This document shows, one piece after another, positions 28,560 to 41,164 of a DNA stretch of 64,000 nt (within the stretch, counting starts at the first letter, position 1; every line of letters starts with the position of its first letter). The translations under genes and the position numbers were made by a program. The stretch comes from Nageia nagi (lineage: Eukaryota > Plantae > Pinophyta). The stretch spans positions 96,906,001 to 96,970,000 of the forward strand of contig JBITNC010000001.1 of NCBI GenBank assembly GCA_050084985.1. Direction: 5' to 3'. The notes under the pieces are model-generated. The model did not search any database. It was not told the DNA's origin and saw only the letters and a list, made by a program, of their open reading frames with translations.

Positions 28560-31500
28560 GTTCTTGATATTGACTAGGATTATCATGCAATATTTTATTT
28601 CTATCAAGTGTGTTAAACTATCTACATTTAAATATAACACATTGGAAGGACCTATAATATAATTGAATAATCTCTTGAATTTTTCCAACATAACTTAATG
28701 TTCCTTGTATCAAGTTTGGATCTCTTCTACTTGCATGACTTGCTTAGTCAAAATCATCATGCACTCCACAATCAAATGTTACTCCTAACTCATGCTTCTC
28801 TTCAATTCAGAAGTGTTGAACATATGTCCACATTGATGAGAAAGACAATGCCTATACACATTTACATGAAAACATTATGTATGCAAAAATCATTATATTT
28901 ATATTAGCTTTAAGTATTTTATAAAAATACTAAAAATTAATTACATATGAATAAAAATAATAATTATCATTATATTGCTTCCAATAGTTATATCTAATGC
29001 ATTTACATCATCTTCAATCTAATTTTTCTTCAAAATCTTACTCTTTTTGAATTTCATTCTTCATCCATGACCTTGGACACTCTTCTAGCTAATTTTCCTC
29101 TCTGTATTTTTAGGTAAATACATAAACCCTTACGATTTTTTTGCAAAATGACATACTATCTTATCCAATTTGATTTCTTTTATTATTTTACAATTCAATC
29201 CACTTTTCACAATATGTGAATGCATCATAAAACATTGGTCTATAGATTCATGTAGTCACACTCTTTAAATTCATGATCAATATATATCATGCCATAATGT
29301 ATACTTGTTATTAATCATTGATTAATTAAATTAATCCAAAATTAATGTGCATATTATAATTATAAATTATCAATATATAAAATATTGTTAGATGTACCTT
29401 TAATAGAATATGTTATCCCACTTGATTCTAAAACCTTCCCTTTTAATTTTTCTATGGTTTTTTCTGTATTCCACATCTTTGGGGTATGAAGGATTGATTT
29501 GGTAAATATACTCAGTTGCATAAAAAATGATTCTTACAATAAATGATTCTCTTACCCATAGATCCTTTTAGTCATGATTTCTATCTAACAAATCCTTTTA
29601 ATACTTTTAAAATTCTCTCCACAAAAAATATGCTTCTAGCACTCACAACACCTACTATGTCAATATCATTTAGTAGGAGGATCGATAAGTGCACTTGTAT
29701 GTCTATAAAAGAAATAAGCATTTCTTTTCAAGCATACATATAGTTTGACAATGATGTGTGTATCTATCAATTTTACCACTATGAAACTCCTTTGAATATA
29801 ACTACTTATTTGTGAAAATATAATGATTGTCAAATTATTGCATGTCAAAATGCATAAATTATTATAAAATAATCATGAATGTTATCTTAAGAATGATACT
29901 ATAACATGGCATACCTTATAACTATAATGATAGTTTACTAATTTATTTTCAATATATCATAAGTAAACTCATTTAGCTAATTATTTTTTTAGATCGAAAG
30001 GTAAACTACACAACCCATGAATACAATTGAAAAATATCTACAAATAAATATGTTAACTTGTAAGGGAAAAAATTTTGTTAAACTCATGCATCCACCAATA
30101 GATATATAGTATGATATCAATACCTACATAAAGTTATGAAAGTCATGAGACTTGAATCATGTCATTTTACCATCATTAATGAATGCTCTTCTTAGACATG
30201 ATCTATAATCAGTTGGTGTTATAATGGTTTGAACAACTTGGTATAGCTTCTTCACTTCATATTTTCTCATAATCCATGTGGGATCAGGTACATCTGGCAT
30301 TCCATTTGCATTTTGGCCTACCCATAAGCAAGGCTTTGTCTCAATTTTTTTGAAGTCACTTCTCACTTCTTCATCATCTAAGTATTTGGTTGTTGTAGAT
30401 TGATACAAATAATATTGAACATTCTTTACAATATGCATAGGATCCATTAAATGCACCACTAACAAGTCCTTCCAATATGGAAGCCTATAAAATATTGATA
30501 GGCTTTTCATGCCTACAAATATGTATAAAATTAATCATAATATTATTGGTAAAATAATGAAATTAAAATATTATAGATTTGCATATTTTAACCAATAATA
30601 TCTCATCTTTGGGTAAGTTATTTCGCAAATAATAATCTCATCATTTGGGCCTACAATAGTACTTTCCTCATGGGCTCTTTACTGAACTTCTTCAACTTTT
30701 ATCGGTACTTTATCAATCAATCCATAAGAGTTGTGTGATGAGGAATAGAAATGTTATCTTTTGACCATAAATTTTGTTTGTTCAAATTTTTATTTTATTT
30801 GGTAAATATTTTCTTTGGCAAGGTATTTTATCTTCTTCAAATGAGTTGAATATCTCACTATGAGATTTTCTGCACACGTGTAGACAAGCATAATAAACTT
30901 TTATTTGAAGGCTTGTAATAATTTTTATTAAATAATACAAAACTAATCATATAGTAAAAAAAATAAATAATATATATTTTTAATGTTAAATTAATATAAA
31001 ATGGTGATAAATATTATATATATACATATCTAAATAAATAGTAAGCCCTAGACAATCATGTAAAGTCCAACACAGAATGCCATATAATTTGAATGAACTA
31101 TGAGTATGAATTCATCAATTATGGTTCAAGTTAGACATCCATATTTTCCACTTGATGCTTTCTAAGGATTGTAAAATTCAACATCAAATTCTCTTTTCTT
31201 ATATACATCCATGGAGGTATGTTATAATTGATTATAAAAATAGGCCAACATGAATATGTAGATGATTGTTGCTCAAATGGATTAAGACTATTTATTGTTA
31301 AACTAAATCTAATAATCCTAGGTTCAAATTGAAATTTATCAAGCCATTTTTTCTTTATATATGTCATCACTTTACTATTTGCAAGAATGTTGACTACACC
31401 ATACTTCACTTCAATTTCTTGCATTCCAATCCATAAGTTGTTCAAGTGACTTACACCAAAATAATCACATCAACCTAGAAATGATTTTCATATGGTAAAC

Positions 31501-32260
31501 TTTATTTCTAGAAAAAAAATTTCCCTTTCATTTTTTTTTGGTATGTATTTACACTGTGCACCTTGTACATATACTAAATTTTCATATGATCCTCTATACA
31601 ATTGAAATCATTAATAAAAGTACAATATGTATCATACTCTACCTTTTTATCCTTCAAAACTATACATGCCTTTCTACATGAAGGAGAGATGATATTGTCA
31701 CTTGAAAGAAGCTTTTCATTAACCTATAGTAACACATAAAGAAATAAATTTATTATGTTAAATATTAAATAATATAAAAATCTAATATATAAATTTTTAT
31801 ATATTAAATATTGAAAAATATAAAAAAAAAATTACATACTTTAGAAGAGCAGTGAAACTTGTATATGACCATCCATGTTTGGTTTTTAAATTCATCAAAA
31901 CTAGGATCGTAATAACTTGAATAAGTGTGATCCTTCATGTAATTTGGTTTTGTAGTATATACAAGCTATCATTTTCTAAATCATCATCCCTTACACCATC
32001 ATGTGTATGAGGCATGAAGGTATGCATCATCTTGTCTATTTGCATAGACTAACTCAATATAATCATTCATCATAATGTAATGATTTGCATGAACATCAAC
32101 ATTATTCTCTCCTTCATTATTATTATTATTATTTGAATCCATGTCCTCATTGAATGCAAGAGCTGGTAGAATATTTGGTTCTATCATCCAACGTCTATAT
32201 TCTTCAAGTATTTCTTAGCCCTTCTTGCATTTGTTCAATGTAAAGTGGGTACATAATACC
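28560..32260 (-). pseudogene. CACTA/En-Spm Tnp2 (TnpD-like) transposase remnant with AT-rich introns
   Basis: FQFEPRIIRFSLTINSLNPFEQQSSTYSCWPIFIINYNIPPW (Transposase_21); SIFYRLPYWKDLLVVHLMDPMHIVKNV; FKSHDFHNF; DUF4218-like MFFVERILKVLKGFV. Confidence 0.9.
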
Positions 32261-33844
32261 TTGTGCTAGAGTGGTCTTGTCTATTTGTTGCATTCCAATG
32301 TACCTATAAAATCAGTTGTTACAAAACTTTAAAATAATTTAAAAAATAAAATATTTTCATTAAAAAAGTGAACAAGTGTATTGTAATAGTAGCTCATCAA
32401 CAAGTTTTACATAATATTTTTCACTAATTTTTTTGAAAAAATATAACATCTTTCATTAATAAATAAATGAATAAAAATTAATAAGGATGCCATTTTTAAG
32501 CCATGTTCTTTACATTTTTTGAGGTTTTCTATAATTTAAGCCACTAATAGTTTGTCAACATGTTTCATACTTCTAATAGGAACTACACCTAGATAACTAT
32601 CCAATTCTTCACTCATGAAATCTTCTTACTACTTTTGCAAAATGGTGAAATTTATAATTCAGGAGGAATCCACTACTGATGGAATTGTTTATATATCTTG
32701 CAATCTTTTTATGCATCTTTTCTCTATCATGAATGTACAAATATTTTGAAGGCTTATGATTTGATTACCAATTTGCACAAATACTATATCGTTTAATGTT
32801 GTCTCCATTCCTTGCTAATATGAGATAATCTTTTCTACTATAAATTAATCCATAAAATGACATAAATGGATCTTTTAGATCACTTGGAGGAACAAGCATA
32901 TCATTCAATATGAATAAAATCATACCAAATCCATGTATATATTCATACTCTCTTATCATGTATCTATTACTATAATATTTGAATGACACAATTGTTCTTC
33001 GATTGGTCATGCACTATATAGCTTCTAATCATATATATCTTGATATAAATTTTATTGTTTAGTAGGTAACAGAGGATCACATAAATTCTATAATGGTAGA
33101 TTGAATGGAAAAATCTCATCACCATCATAACTTTTAAATTTATTTTATAGTCATTTTTGATATCTAGTTCTTTTACATGTTGTTCCCCCTTCATTTGATG
33201 GATTTGCATATTTCACTTTCTACAAATTGAACTCTTCATGAAACTCTATGTAATATAGTTAATTTTAGTTATGTTTAATATTAAATTAAAAATAAAATCA
33301 AAATTTAATGTTAATTACCTCACGATCATCATCATCACAAGGTTCCTATAATAAATGCCATACTATTAAGTATAATATTTCATATAATGATATCGTATAC
33401 CTCATTCCTAATGACATAATGTAAATACATTCTTAGTGATATATGCCTCATCATCCTCTAGATCATCATCATGATCGAGAGAAATATCAATCCTCTTAGG
33501 ACCAATGTTATGCATAGTGGTGAATATTCACCAATAGGCTAATATTAGGTTTTTTAATGTTTAAATATTTTTGAGAATTTAAACTTTGAATATTGCACCA
33601 TTTAGTCCAAATTTTTCAAGAAAAAAATAATTGTGGGTCATCTTGTTAATATTTTATAATTATTTTATAAAGATAAATGCAATTACCCACCTATACCTCC
33701 TATGTTTTCACAAGCAATTGCCTTGAAAAATAAATTTGCTAATGAAATCATGAATTATACCCTATATATAAAGTTTATGAGATCAATCAAATATACCAAC
33801 ATTTCAAATTTTCAACTTCTCTAAGATTCTCATTTTCAAGGTAT

Positions 33845-34260
33845 TACAGATGCTAGGCTATGTGAGATTATAGATGCTCATCTATGTGATATTGTAGTTG
33901 CTCATCAATGTAATATTACATATGCTCTTCAATGTGGTATTACAAACACTTGTTAGTGTGGGATTGAAGATGCTCATCAGTGTGGGATTGAATAAGCTCA
34001 TCAATGTGGGTTTGAATATGCTCATTATTATGGTTTTAAAGATGCTCCTCAGTGTGGGATTGAATATGCTCATCAATGTGGGTTTGAATATGCTCGTTAG
34101 TGTGGGATTACAAATTCTCATTTGTACAACATTATAGATGCTCATCTACGCAACATTGCAGATGCTCCTTTATGCTACATTATAGATGTTCATCTATGCA
34201 ACATTGTAGATGCTCATCTATGTAACATTATAGATGCTCTTCTATGTGTAATTGTTGACA
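33845..34260. repeat. 24-bp minisatellite with a GATGCTCATC core
   Basis: gatgctcatcagtgtgggattgaa and atagatgctcatctatgcaacatt units. Confidence 0.85.
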
Positions 34261-34692
34261 CTTACCCATGGGGAATTGATGAAGCTCATTAGATAGAGTA
34301 TTTCAACTTTAAGATGACCATTAGTGATCACCTAAAGAATAAGAATTGTAAATGTGCATCATTATGTTATGTTAGATATTCAAAAGCTATTTTTTTAATT
34401 GCAAATACTCATTTTTGTGGGATTACATATGCTCATTTGTGAGGGATTATAGATGCTAATCTTTGAAGAATAACGCTCATTGGAAAATAAAGAGAAACAA
34501 GAAGGAAAATATACCTACAAAAAAAAAAAAAAATTGGAAAGTATTTCATACACGGACAGGCATCGACATCTAGAAACATGATAGTTATAGGTTTCTTTTT
34601 ACAATTCCTTATTATTTTGCTTTTACACATCAATAGTTTAATTTGGTTTAGTCATCATATGCTTAGGAATATACTTGTATGCAAAAAATACA

Positions 34693-34917
34693 ATTGATCT
34701 CAATTTGCCACTACATGAGGATATTTTGGAAAACACTATTGATCTTGATATGCCACCACTTGAAGATATTTTTGAAAATATTGTTGATGTTGATATGCCA
34801 CCACTTGAATATATTTTTGAAAATATTGTTGATCTTGATATGCCACAACTTGAATATATTGTTAAAAAATACTATTGATCCTGATATGCCATCACTTGAA
34901 GATATATTTGATGATGA
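34693..34917 (+). repeat. 45-bp coding repeat x5 (IDLDMPPLEDIFENT-like), probable N-terminal region of the hAT-like gene
   Basis: Period 45 (34693, 34738, ...); the reading continues to the LINE insertion point. Confidence 0.75.
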
Positions 34918-35279
34918 TATGCATGATAATGATAACATTTTGAACCATAAAAACATAGATTCTATACCTAAAGTGGCTACCGTAGATCATGACACTTCGA
35001 TTGAAATTCACAATATTGAATCTAAGAAAGAAATAGAAAATAATAAAAAATAAAATCTACATAAAGTGCTTTTTTTTTTTGGTAAGTAAATAAATTCTAT
35101 TGATTGACTAGTTCGACAAAGTTACATAATGGGATCTGAAAGACATGTCAAGCTTATGGGAGCTACAGTGAGCACAGTTAGACATGCTGTACAAAACACT
35201 GAAACAAACCTCTAAGATTACTATGACTACCAGTATGGACACTAAGGTAGCTGATAGGGCCCCCCTGGAGCATATACAG

Positions 35280-35515
35280 TAAGCTTGTCTCTGGAGCTCG
35301 TCTCTGGAGCTCGTTTCTGGAGCTCGTCTGTGAATCTCACTTCTAGAGCTCACTTCTGGAGCTCGCCTCTGGAGCTCACTTCTGGAGCTCGTTTCTGGTG
35401 CTAGACTTCCTGGTGCTAGACTTTCTGGTGCTAGACGCTTTCTGGAGCTAAACGCTTTCTGGTGCTAGGCCCTTTCTGGAGCTCATCTGACGTTTGTTTC
35501 TGGAACTCATCTGAA
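35280..35515 (-). repeat. 13-15-bp tandem repeats in the LINE 3' UTR
   Basis: ctcgtctctggag, ctcacttctggag and ctagactttctggtg units. Confidence 0.9.
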
Positions 35516-35625
35516 GTTAATCTGGCTTTTCATTACAATGCGTTCCATGTAGAAAGCAAGAGAAAAACTGAAAACTTGGAGTCGGAGATGGACGACAAAA
35601 CGGAGCTCGGACTATGCTGACTATG

Positions 35626-38600
35626 CTAGGTGAGCCGTGGGTGTTTAGGCATAGGAGAAATGTCCTCTCTGTCTGTTGGAGCTTGGCGTTTAGGTAGGTG
35701 AGCAACCTCTACCTGCTGAAGATCGATGTCTGAGTATCTGCATGGTGGATCAAATTTCTCGGAGGATTGCCATATCTGCAAAATAGTGTGCCACGAAGAG
35801 AGCTCGGATAGGTCAGCAGTGGGCAGGGACTGAATTGAGATAGTAGAATCCAATATGAGCATGAGTTGTTGATCTAGTTTCTTCCATAGTCTATCCATTG
35901 AAGTAAATTGATTGTTGAAAGTACGATTATTTCTCTCAAGCCACAGTGTCCATGTCAACATTGCTGGAGCAGAGTACCAGAGGATTTTATATGCTTTACA
36001 TTTGTTTTTAGTACACCATTTCCGAATCAAGGACCCGATAGACAGAGGAGGAGACCAGTGGATGCCTAGGTGGGCGGAAAGAAGCTGCCATAATTGACTA
36101 GAGAATGAGCATGTGACTAGCAGGTGGTGCCCTGTCTCCTCCTCATTGCCACAAAGTATGCATCGACTCGGTCCTGTCCATCCTCGCTTCAGAAGTTGTT
36201 CCCAGGATAAAAACTTATTGTGAACAGCAAGCCAAAGGAAAAATTTAGCTTTTGGCCAGGCATTGGATTTCCATATCCGTTGCCAGACTTGAGGGGGGAA
36301 GTTCGAAGGATGACCCTGAGCAAGAGTACTATAAGCTGAACTAACAGAGTAGCTACCCGATAGAGTGAGGGAGCTGATCAGGTTGTCGCTTAGGTCATCG
36401 CCTTGTAGGTTGTGTCTCGCGAGCATAGACAGAAGAATGTTATATTCCTGTGTTAAGTGAGGGGGAATTGTGTGAGAGATATTCCATTGTTTCACTCTTC
36501 TACCCGAATCGGTAGCCCATGACCAATAATTGATGACTTTATCACCCCATTCTTGTCGCAGATGATACTGAAGTGGCTGAAATAGTGGTACGGAAGCTAA
36601 GGGAATTGTGAGTAACCAAGCATCATCCCAAAAATCTACCTTTGATCCTGAGCCGATCTTCCACCGTAGGTGTTTCAATACAAAGAGACGAGCTTTGCGT
36701 ATACCATTCCAAATGGGGGAGCCCCACAGTGTATCCGCAGCAGTGAAGAGTCTCTCCGGTTCAAGGCTATCAAGGTATTTGCCACGTATTGCTTGGCTCC
36801 AGCAACAGGAATGATTAGTATAAATCCTCCAGGAGAATTTGCCTAGAAGAGCAAGATTCATATGATGAAGTCTTCTGATGCCCAGTCCTCCCTCTTGTTT
36901 TGGACGACATATTGTGTCCCAAGCAACCAGATGGATTTTCCTGATCTCTGATACACCGTGCCAAAGGAAGTTGCGTATTAGAGTCTCCATTCTAACAATG
37001 ATCTTTTGGGGAAACCAGAAAATGGCGAACCAATAAACAGGGATTGCTCCTAAGATAACTTTGATTTTAGTGAGACGTCCTGCTGTGCATAACCACCTGG
37101 CCTTCCAAGTGTTCATTTTATTTTGCATTTTGTCTATGAGAGAGTCCCAAAAGGGCCCAAACTTTCCCCCTTGAACTAAAGGCATACCTAAGTAGGTGCT
37201 TGGGAGGTTTTCCTTGGTCATACCAGACCACTCGCTGATCTGGGAGAGGAACCATTCTGAGATGTTAAGACCATATATTTTTGATTTTTGTCTGTTGATT
37301 GCTTGGCCTGAGGCTTGCTCATATACTTGGAGGAAATTTAGGAGGTGCTTGAGTTCACATTTCAGGGGGGAGATTGCCAGGAGAGTGTCATCAGCGAACT
37401 GAGAATGAGTGACTGGAGGGGCATTGCCAGATATGTGCAGACCATGTATTTTGCCAGCCAACTGTAACTGTTTCATTCCTCTCCCAATGACTTCAGCAAG
37501 AATGATGAATAGGTAGGGTGACAAGGGGTCACCTTGGCGAAGGCCCCTTGAGCTACTGAAGTAACCTCTTGATTCTCCATTAACTAGGACAGAAAAGTGG
37601 GGTGCTTTGATCAATGAGAGAATCCACTGAAGCCAATGCTCTTGAAAGCCAAACTTCCTCATTATCTGGAATAGGAAGTCCCAATTTACTTGATCGAAAG
37701 CCTTTGTCATGTCCAACTTGAGAAGCAGTCCTTTACTTTGGTGCCTATTAACTGAATGAATGAGCTCATGGATAAGGACGACTCCATCAAGGATTTGGCG
37801 ACCTTTGACAAAAGCTTTTTGTTCCTTTGAAATGATAGAGGGAAGAACTGTGTTGAGACGGTTGGCTGCAACCTTGGATATTAACTTGTAAATTGAGTTG
37901 CATAATGAGATTGGTCGAAAGGCTGATATAGACTTGGCATCTTTGGTCTTAGGGATGAGAGCTAGGAAGGTATGGTTGAGTCTCTGAAGCATTTTCCTAG
38001 AAGTGAATGATTCTCTCACTGTTGCCACCAATTCCTCTTTGAGGAGGGACCAAAAATGTTGGAAAAACCCAGGAGGGAAACCATCTGGGCCCGGTGCTCC
38101 AAAAGGTTTTAAATGAAAAAGAGCCTTTTTCACTTCCTCCTCACTTATAGGCTTCACAAGAATACTATTTTGCTCCTCAGAGATCAACTTGGGAATGAGA
38201 TGGAGGAGTTGCTCTTGGGCTTCATGTCTGTGTTCACTAGTTTCATTAAGATGGGAATGAAAGTAGGACACAATGTGTTTATCCAATTCATCAGGATTGG
38301 AGATTGTAAGACCTGCTGAACTTACTAGGGTTGATATTCTATTGTTAGAACGATGAGCCATGGTGGAGAGGTGGAAGTAACGTGTGTTTTTGTCTCCTTC
38401 CTTAAGCCATTGGATTCTAGATTTCTGTTTCCAAAGAGTTTCCTCATTAAGGTAGGCTTGTTGAAGACGTTGGAGTAGTTGGCGTTCCTGATCTACAACC
38501 TGGGAGTCCTGCTGATGTATCATTCGAAGCTGGGTGTGTTGGAGTTCCTCTTCCAGATTTGCAATAGTCGTTGTTACCTCTCCAAAGGAGGATTTGTTCC

Positions 38601-39480
38601 ACAGTTTCAATTTAGTTTTGAGCCTTTGCAACTTAGTGGAAAAGGTGAACATTGTTGTACCATACACATGACTTTCCTCCAGCCACCATTGTTCAACAAG
38701 ATCATCAAAGGAAGGGTGATTGAACCACATCTTCTGGAAGCGAAAAGGAGGAGCCTTTGGATTGGAGAAAGTCTCCCAGGTTAAAGCCACTGGCCAATGA
38801 TCTGAGCCTCCATAAGGGAGGACTTCTGTTTGCAAAATATGTTCTTGTTCTAGCCAAGACATTGTGACTAAAAACCGATCAAGCTTTTCAAAAATTGCTT
38901 TGTTATCTTTCCTTTTGTTGGTCCAGGTGTAGAGACCATTGGTGCTTGGAGGCTCATATAACTGCTGATCATTTATGAAAGAATTGAAATCATCTATGCT
39001 GGGGTCCAGTTGCATAGTACCTCCTTGTTTTTCAGATAGATTCCTGATAGCGTTGAAATCCCCTCCTAAAATCCATGGAGTGTCAGAATGTGAGGCCATC
39101 CAGGAATCGATTTGTTTCCAAAGATCTCTTTTCTGATCAGTATGTTGAGGACCATAGACATTGACTATGCCAAACAGTAGACCGATTGCAAGACACCTTA
39201 CAATGGCAGCCATCCAGTGACGGTTGATCAGTAATGGCTTACAATCTACTTGGGTGCTGTTCCATAGAATGAGCATGCCGCCTGATTGCCCAGAAGCTTG
39301 ACTGGAAAGGATTTCGCATTGGGGCCAAAATTTATTTATGATCCTACTTAGATCTTTATCAGCTATTTTTGACTCTTGAGTCAAGAGGATGGCAGGTCGT
39401 TCCTTCTGTACTAGGAGTTTGGCCATTCCAATTATGTCGGGGGAATGGAGGCCCCGTGTATTCCATGTGATTATCTTCAT
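35626..39480 (-). CDS. LINE ORF2: APE endonuclease, reverse transcriptase and zf-RVT (1284 aa); no RNase H
   Basis: MKIITWNTRGL, LGGDFN, LDRFL, SDHWP; APGPDG, FRPISLCN, KLDMTKAFD, GLRQGDPLSPYLF, QFADD, YLGMP; CILC..EETGHHLLVTC, WLERNNRTF. Uninterrupted ORF. Confidence 0.97.
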   Translation of the reverse strand: MKIITWNTRGLHSPDIIGMAKLLVQKERPAILLTQESKIADKDLSRIINKFWPQCEILSSQASGQSGGMLILWNSTQVDCKPLLINRHWMAAIVRCLAIGLLFGIVNVYGPQHTDQKRDLWKQIDSWMASHSDTPWILGGDFNAIRNLSEKQGGTMQLDPSIDDFNSFINDQQLYEPPSTNGLYTWTNKRKDNKAIFEKLDRFLVTMSWLEQEHILQTEVLPYGGSDHWPVALTWETFSNPKAPPFRFQKMWFNHPSFDDLVEQWWLEESHVYGTTMFTFSTKLQRLKTKLKLWNKSSFGEVTTTIANLEEELQHTQLRMIHQQDSQVVDQERQLLQRLQQAYLNEETLWKQKSRIQWLKEGDKNTRYFHLSTMAHRSNNRISTLVSSAGLTISNPDELDKHIVSYFHSHLNETSEHRHEAQEQLLHLIPKLISEEQNSILVKPISEEEVKKALFHLKPFGAPGPDGFPPGFFQHFWSLLKEELVATVRESFTSRKMLQRLNHTFLALIPKTKDAKSISAFRPISLCNSIYKLISKVAANRLNTVLPSIISKEQKAFVKGRQILDGVVLIHELIHSVNRHQSKGLLLKLDMTKAFDQVNWDFLFQIMRKFGFQEHWLQWILSLIKAPHFSVLVNGESRGYFSSSRGLRQGDPLSPYLFIILAEVIGRGMKQLQLAGKIHGLHISGNAPPVTHSQFADDTLLAISPLKCELKHLLNFLQVYEQASGQAINRQKSKIYGLNISEWFLSQISEWSGMTKENLPSTYLGMPLVQGGKFGPFWDSLIDKMQNKMNTWKARWLCTAGRLTKIKVILGAIPVYWFAIFWFPQKIIVRMETLIRNFLWHGVSEIRKIHLVAWDTICRPKQEGGLGIRRLHHMNLALLGKFSWRIYTNHSCCWSQAIRGKYLDSLEPERLFTAADTLWGSPIWNGIRKARLFVLKHLRWKIGSGSKVDFWDDAWLLTIPLASVPLFQPLQYHLRQEWGDKVINYWSWATDSGRRVKQWNISHTIPPHLTQEYNILLSMLARHNLQGDDLSDNLISSLTLSGSYSVSSAYSTLAQGHPSNFPPQVWQRIWKSNAWPKAKFFLWLAVHNKFLSWEQLLKRGWTGPSRCILCGNEEETGHHLLVTCSFSSQLWQLLSAHLGIHWSPPLSIGSLIRKWCTKNKCKAYKILWYSAPAMLTWTLWLERNNRTFNNQFTSMDRLWKKLDQQLMLILDSTISIQSLPTADLSELSSWHTILQIWQSSEKFDPPCRYSDIDLQQVEVAHLPKRQAPTDREDISPMPKHPRLT

Positions 39481-41027
39481 TGAGGAACTGATTGAAGCCG
39501 TTTAGCTTCTAGTAGAGTATCAATTTGGAACTGGGAGCCCTCCTCGATGTCCTCTTGAGATAGATGCTGGATAGAAGCTTGAGCTGACTTTCTCCCTTTC
39601 CATTTTTGGATACCAGAGTTAGGGGCTTTTAGACTATTGGGTGTTTGCTTCAGAGGAGGGACTAATTTGTTAAGAAAGCATGTGTTGGATTGAAGGTTGT
39701 CTATTGGCATCTTAGTACTGAGATGGTTTCTGAAATTAGGGTCAGTTTGTTGGGCTTCTTCCATATTATGGTCTATCTCCTGCAGAGGAGTGGAGGTTAC
39801 TGGATTGGTTTTTGTTTCGGTTGACAGAGAAGAAACGGTAGCTGGGGAGAATAAAGGGTTGGTGATTGGGGAGCTGGGATGTGTAAGATTATCCGTATTA
39901 AGGCTAGAGGGCTCTTCAGGAATGACTGGTGGGTTCAAGGGCTCAAGATTCTCATCATTTTGAAGGCATCTAAAAGGATTAGCATCTTGAACTTGGGGAT
40001 GGGAACTTGAGGGGTGAGAGAGATGTGTAAATGTGCACTGAGAGGGAGCTGAGTTAGGTGTATGAACAGGGCTCTTACCTTGGGTTGATCGGCGTTTGGG
40101 TTGCTGGAAGCCTTCTGTTGTTGTTGCAGGAGTGGGCTGTGGCGGAATGGTATGGGGGCAGCTACCGGCGAGGTGTCCATAGGCTGCACAAACTCTGCAT
40201 CTGAACGGAATGTTTTCATAATCTACTATTTGATCCAGCACTAAATCTTCATCTGGGAAGACAACAGAAACCTGGGCTGGCAATGGGGATTGGAGATCAA
40301 GTTGGATACAAACGCGGGCGTAGGAAGTGGACTTACATTCCAAGGTGCGATCCGAGGTTAAGAGGTACTCCCCAATGGTGTCTCCAATTTGGGCAAATAC
40401 TTCTTCATACCAGAACTCTGGAGGGAAGTCAGGCAACCTCACCCAGACAGGTGCAACAGAAGGGGTTTCTTCGCAAGGTTTGAATCCTGGGTGCCATGGC
40501 TTCATAAATAATCCAGCTCATCCATGGAACTAGGGTCCGCCTTGAAAAATAGAATCTCTATCCTCCTCTGTGGCAAATGTGGCTAAGAAATAACCGTGAG
40601 AGTAGTGGCTCACTGTAACACTACCCTTAGTGTTCCAAGTTCTGTCGACCCAGGCTTCAATGGCGTTGGGAGGAATACGAGCACCGAGAAAACGACAGAT
40701 GAGACCCTATTTCGCCAGCATTTGAAGGCCACTACTAACTCGTGAGCTCCTGATTTCCACCCGCGGTGTACCGTCTGCCGCCTTTAAGCAGCCATTTTCA
40801 TTCCTGTTAGGGTCGTGAGGGGCTTTGCGGATGCGATTATAGAATGGTTTAGAAATAGAGGAGCGCTGGGTGGGAGGATTCTTGTTTCGAAGTGCATCCC
40901 TAAAAGAGGGTTTTGGACGTTGACTGACTGCAGCCCCACCATCATTGCTAGCTACCTGGGTTTTGTTGGGAGTGGGGTGATCAGCTGAGTTCGGGGGATC
41001 AGGGAGACCCCCCGAGCCTGAAGCCAT
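39477..41027 (-). pseudogene. LINE ORF1 (DUF4283 plus zf-CCHC_4), 516 codons with 3 internal stops
   Basis: MASGSG...SFRDAL...GLICRF...GYFLATF..EEDRD.IFQGGP*F...PVWVRLPDFP...YARVCIQLDL...YENIPFRCRVCAAYGHLAGSC; stops at 40707-40709, 40530-40532 and 40518-40520. Confidence 0.93.
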
Positions 41028-41164
41028 GTCTCTGTCCACGAACTCTGCAGCTGCAATTTTGGCACAAACGCCTTCCTCTTCCTCCTGCTTCTCCGTTTCA
41101 AACTTCTCCTTCCCTTTTCTAATTTTTTCACCAAGGATCAAAAGGGTCTGGTTAAAACCTAGCG

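Noticed and set aside
32400-33450. Ulp1-like protease remnant (also considered for 46800-47300)
   Set aside because: Only faint motif hints (NNSISSGF, IYDSL); too decayed to call without an HMM search.
33882-34145. ORFs on both strands (87 and 79 aa); likewise 43782-43988 and 19378-19608
   Set aside because: Artefacts of short-period minisatellites.
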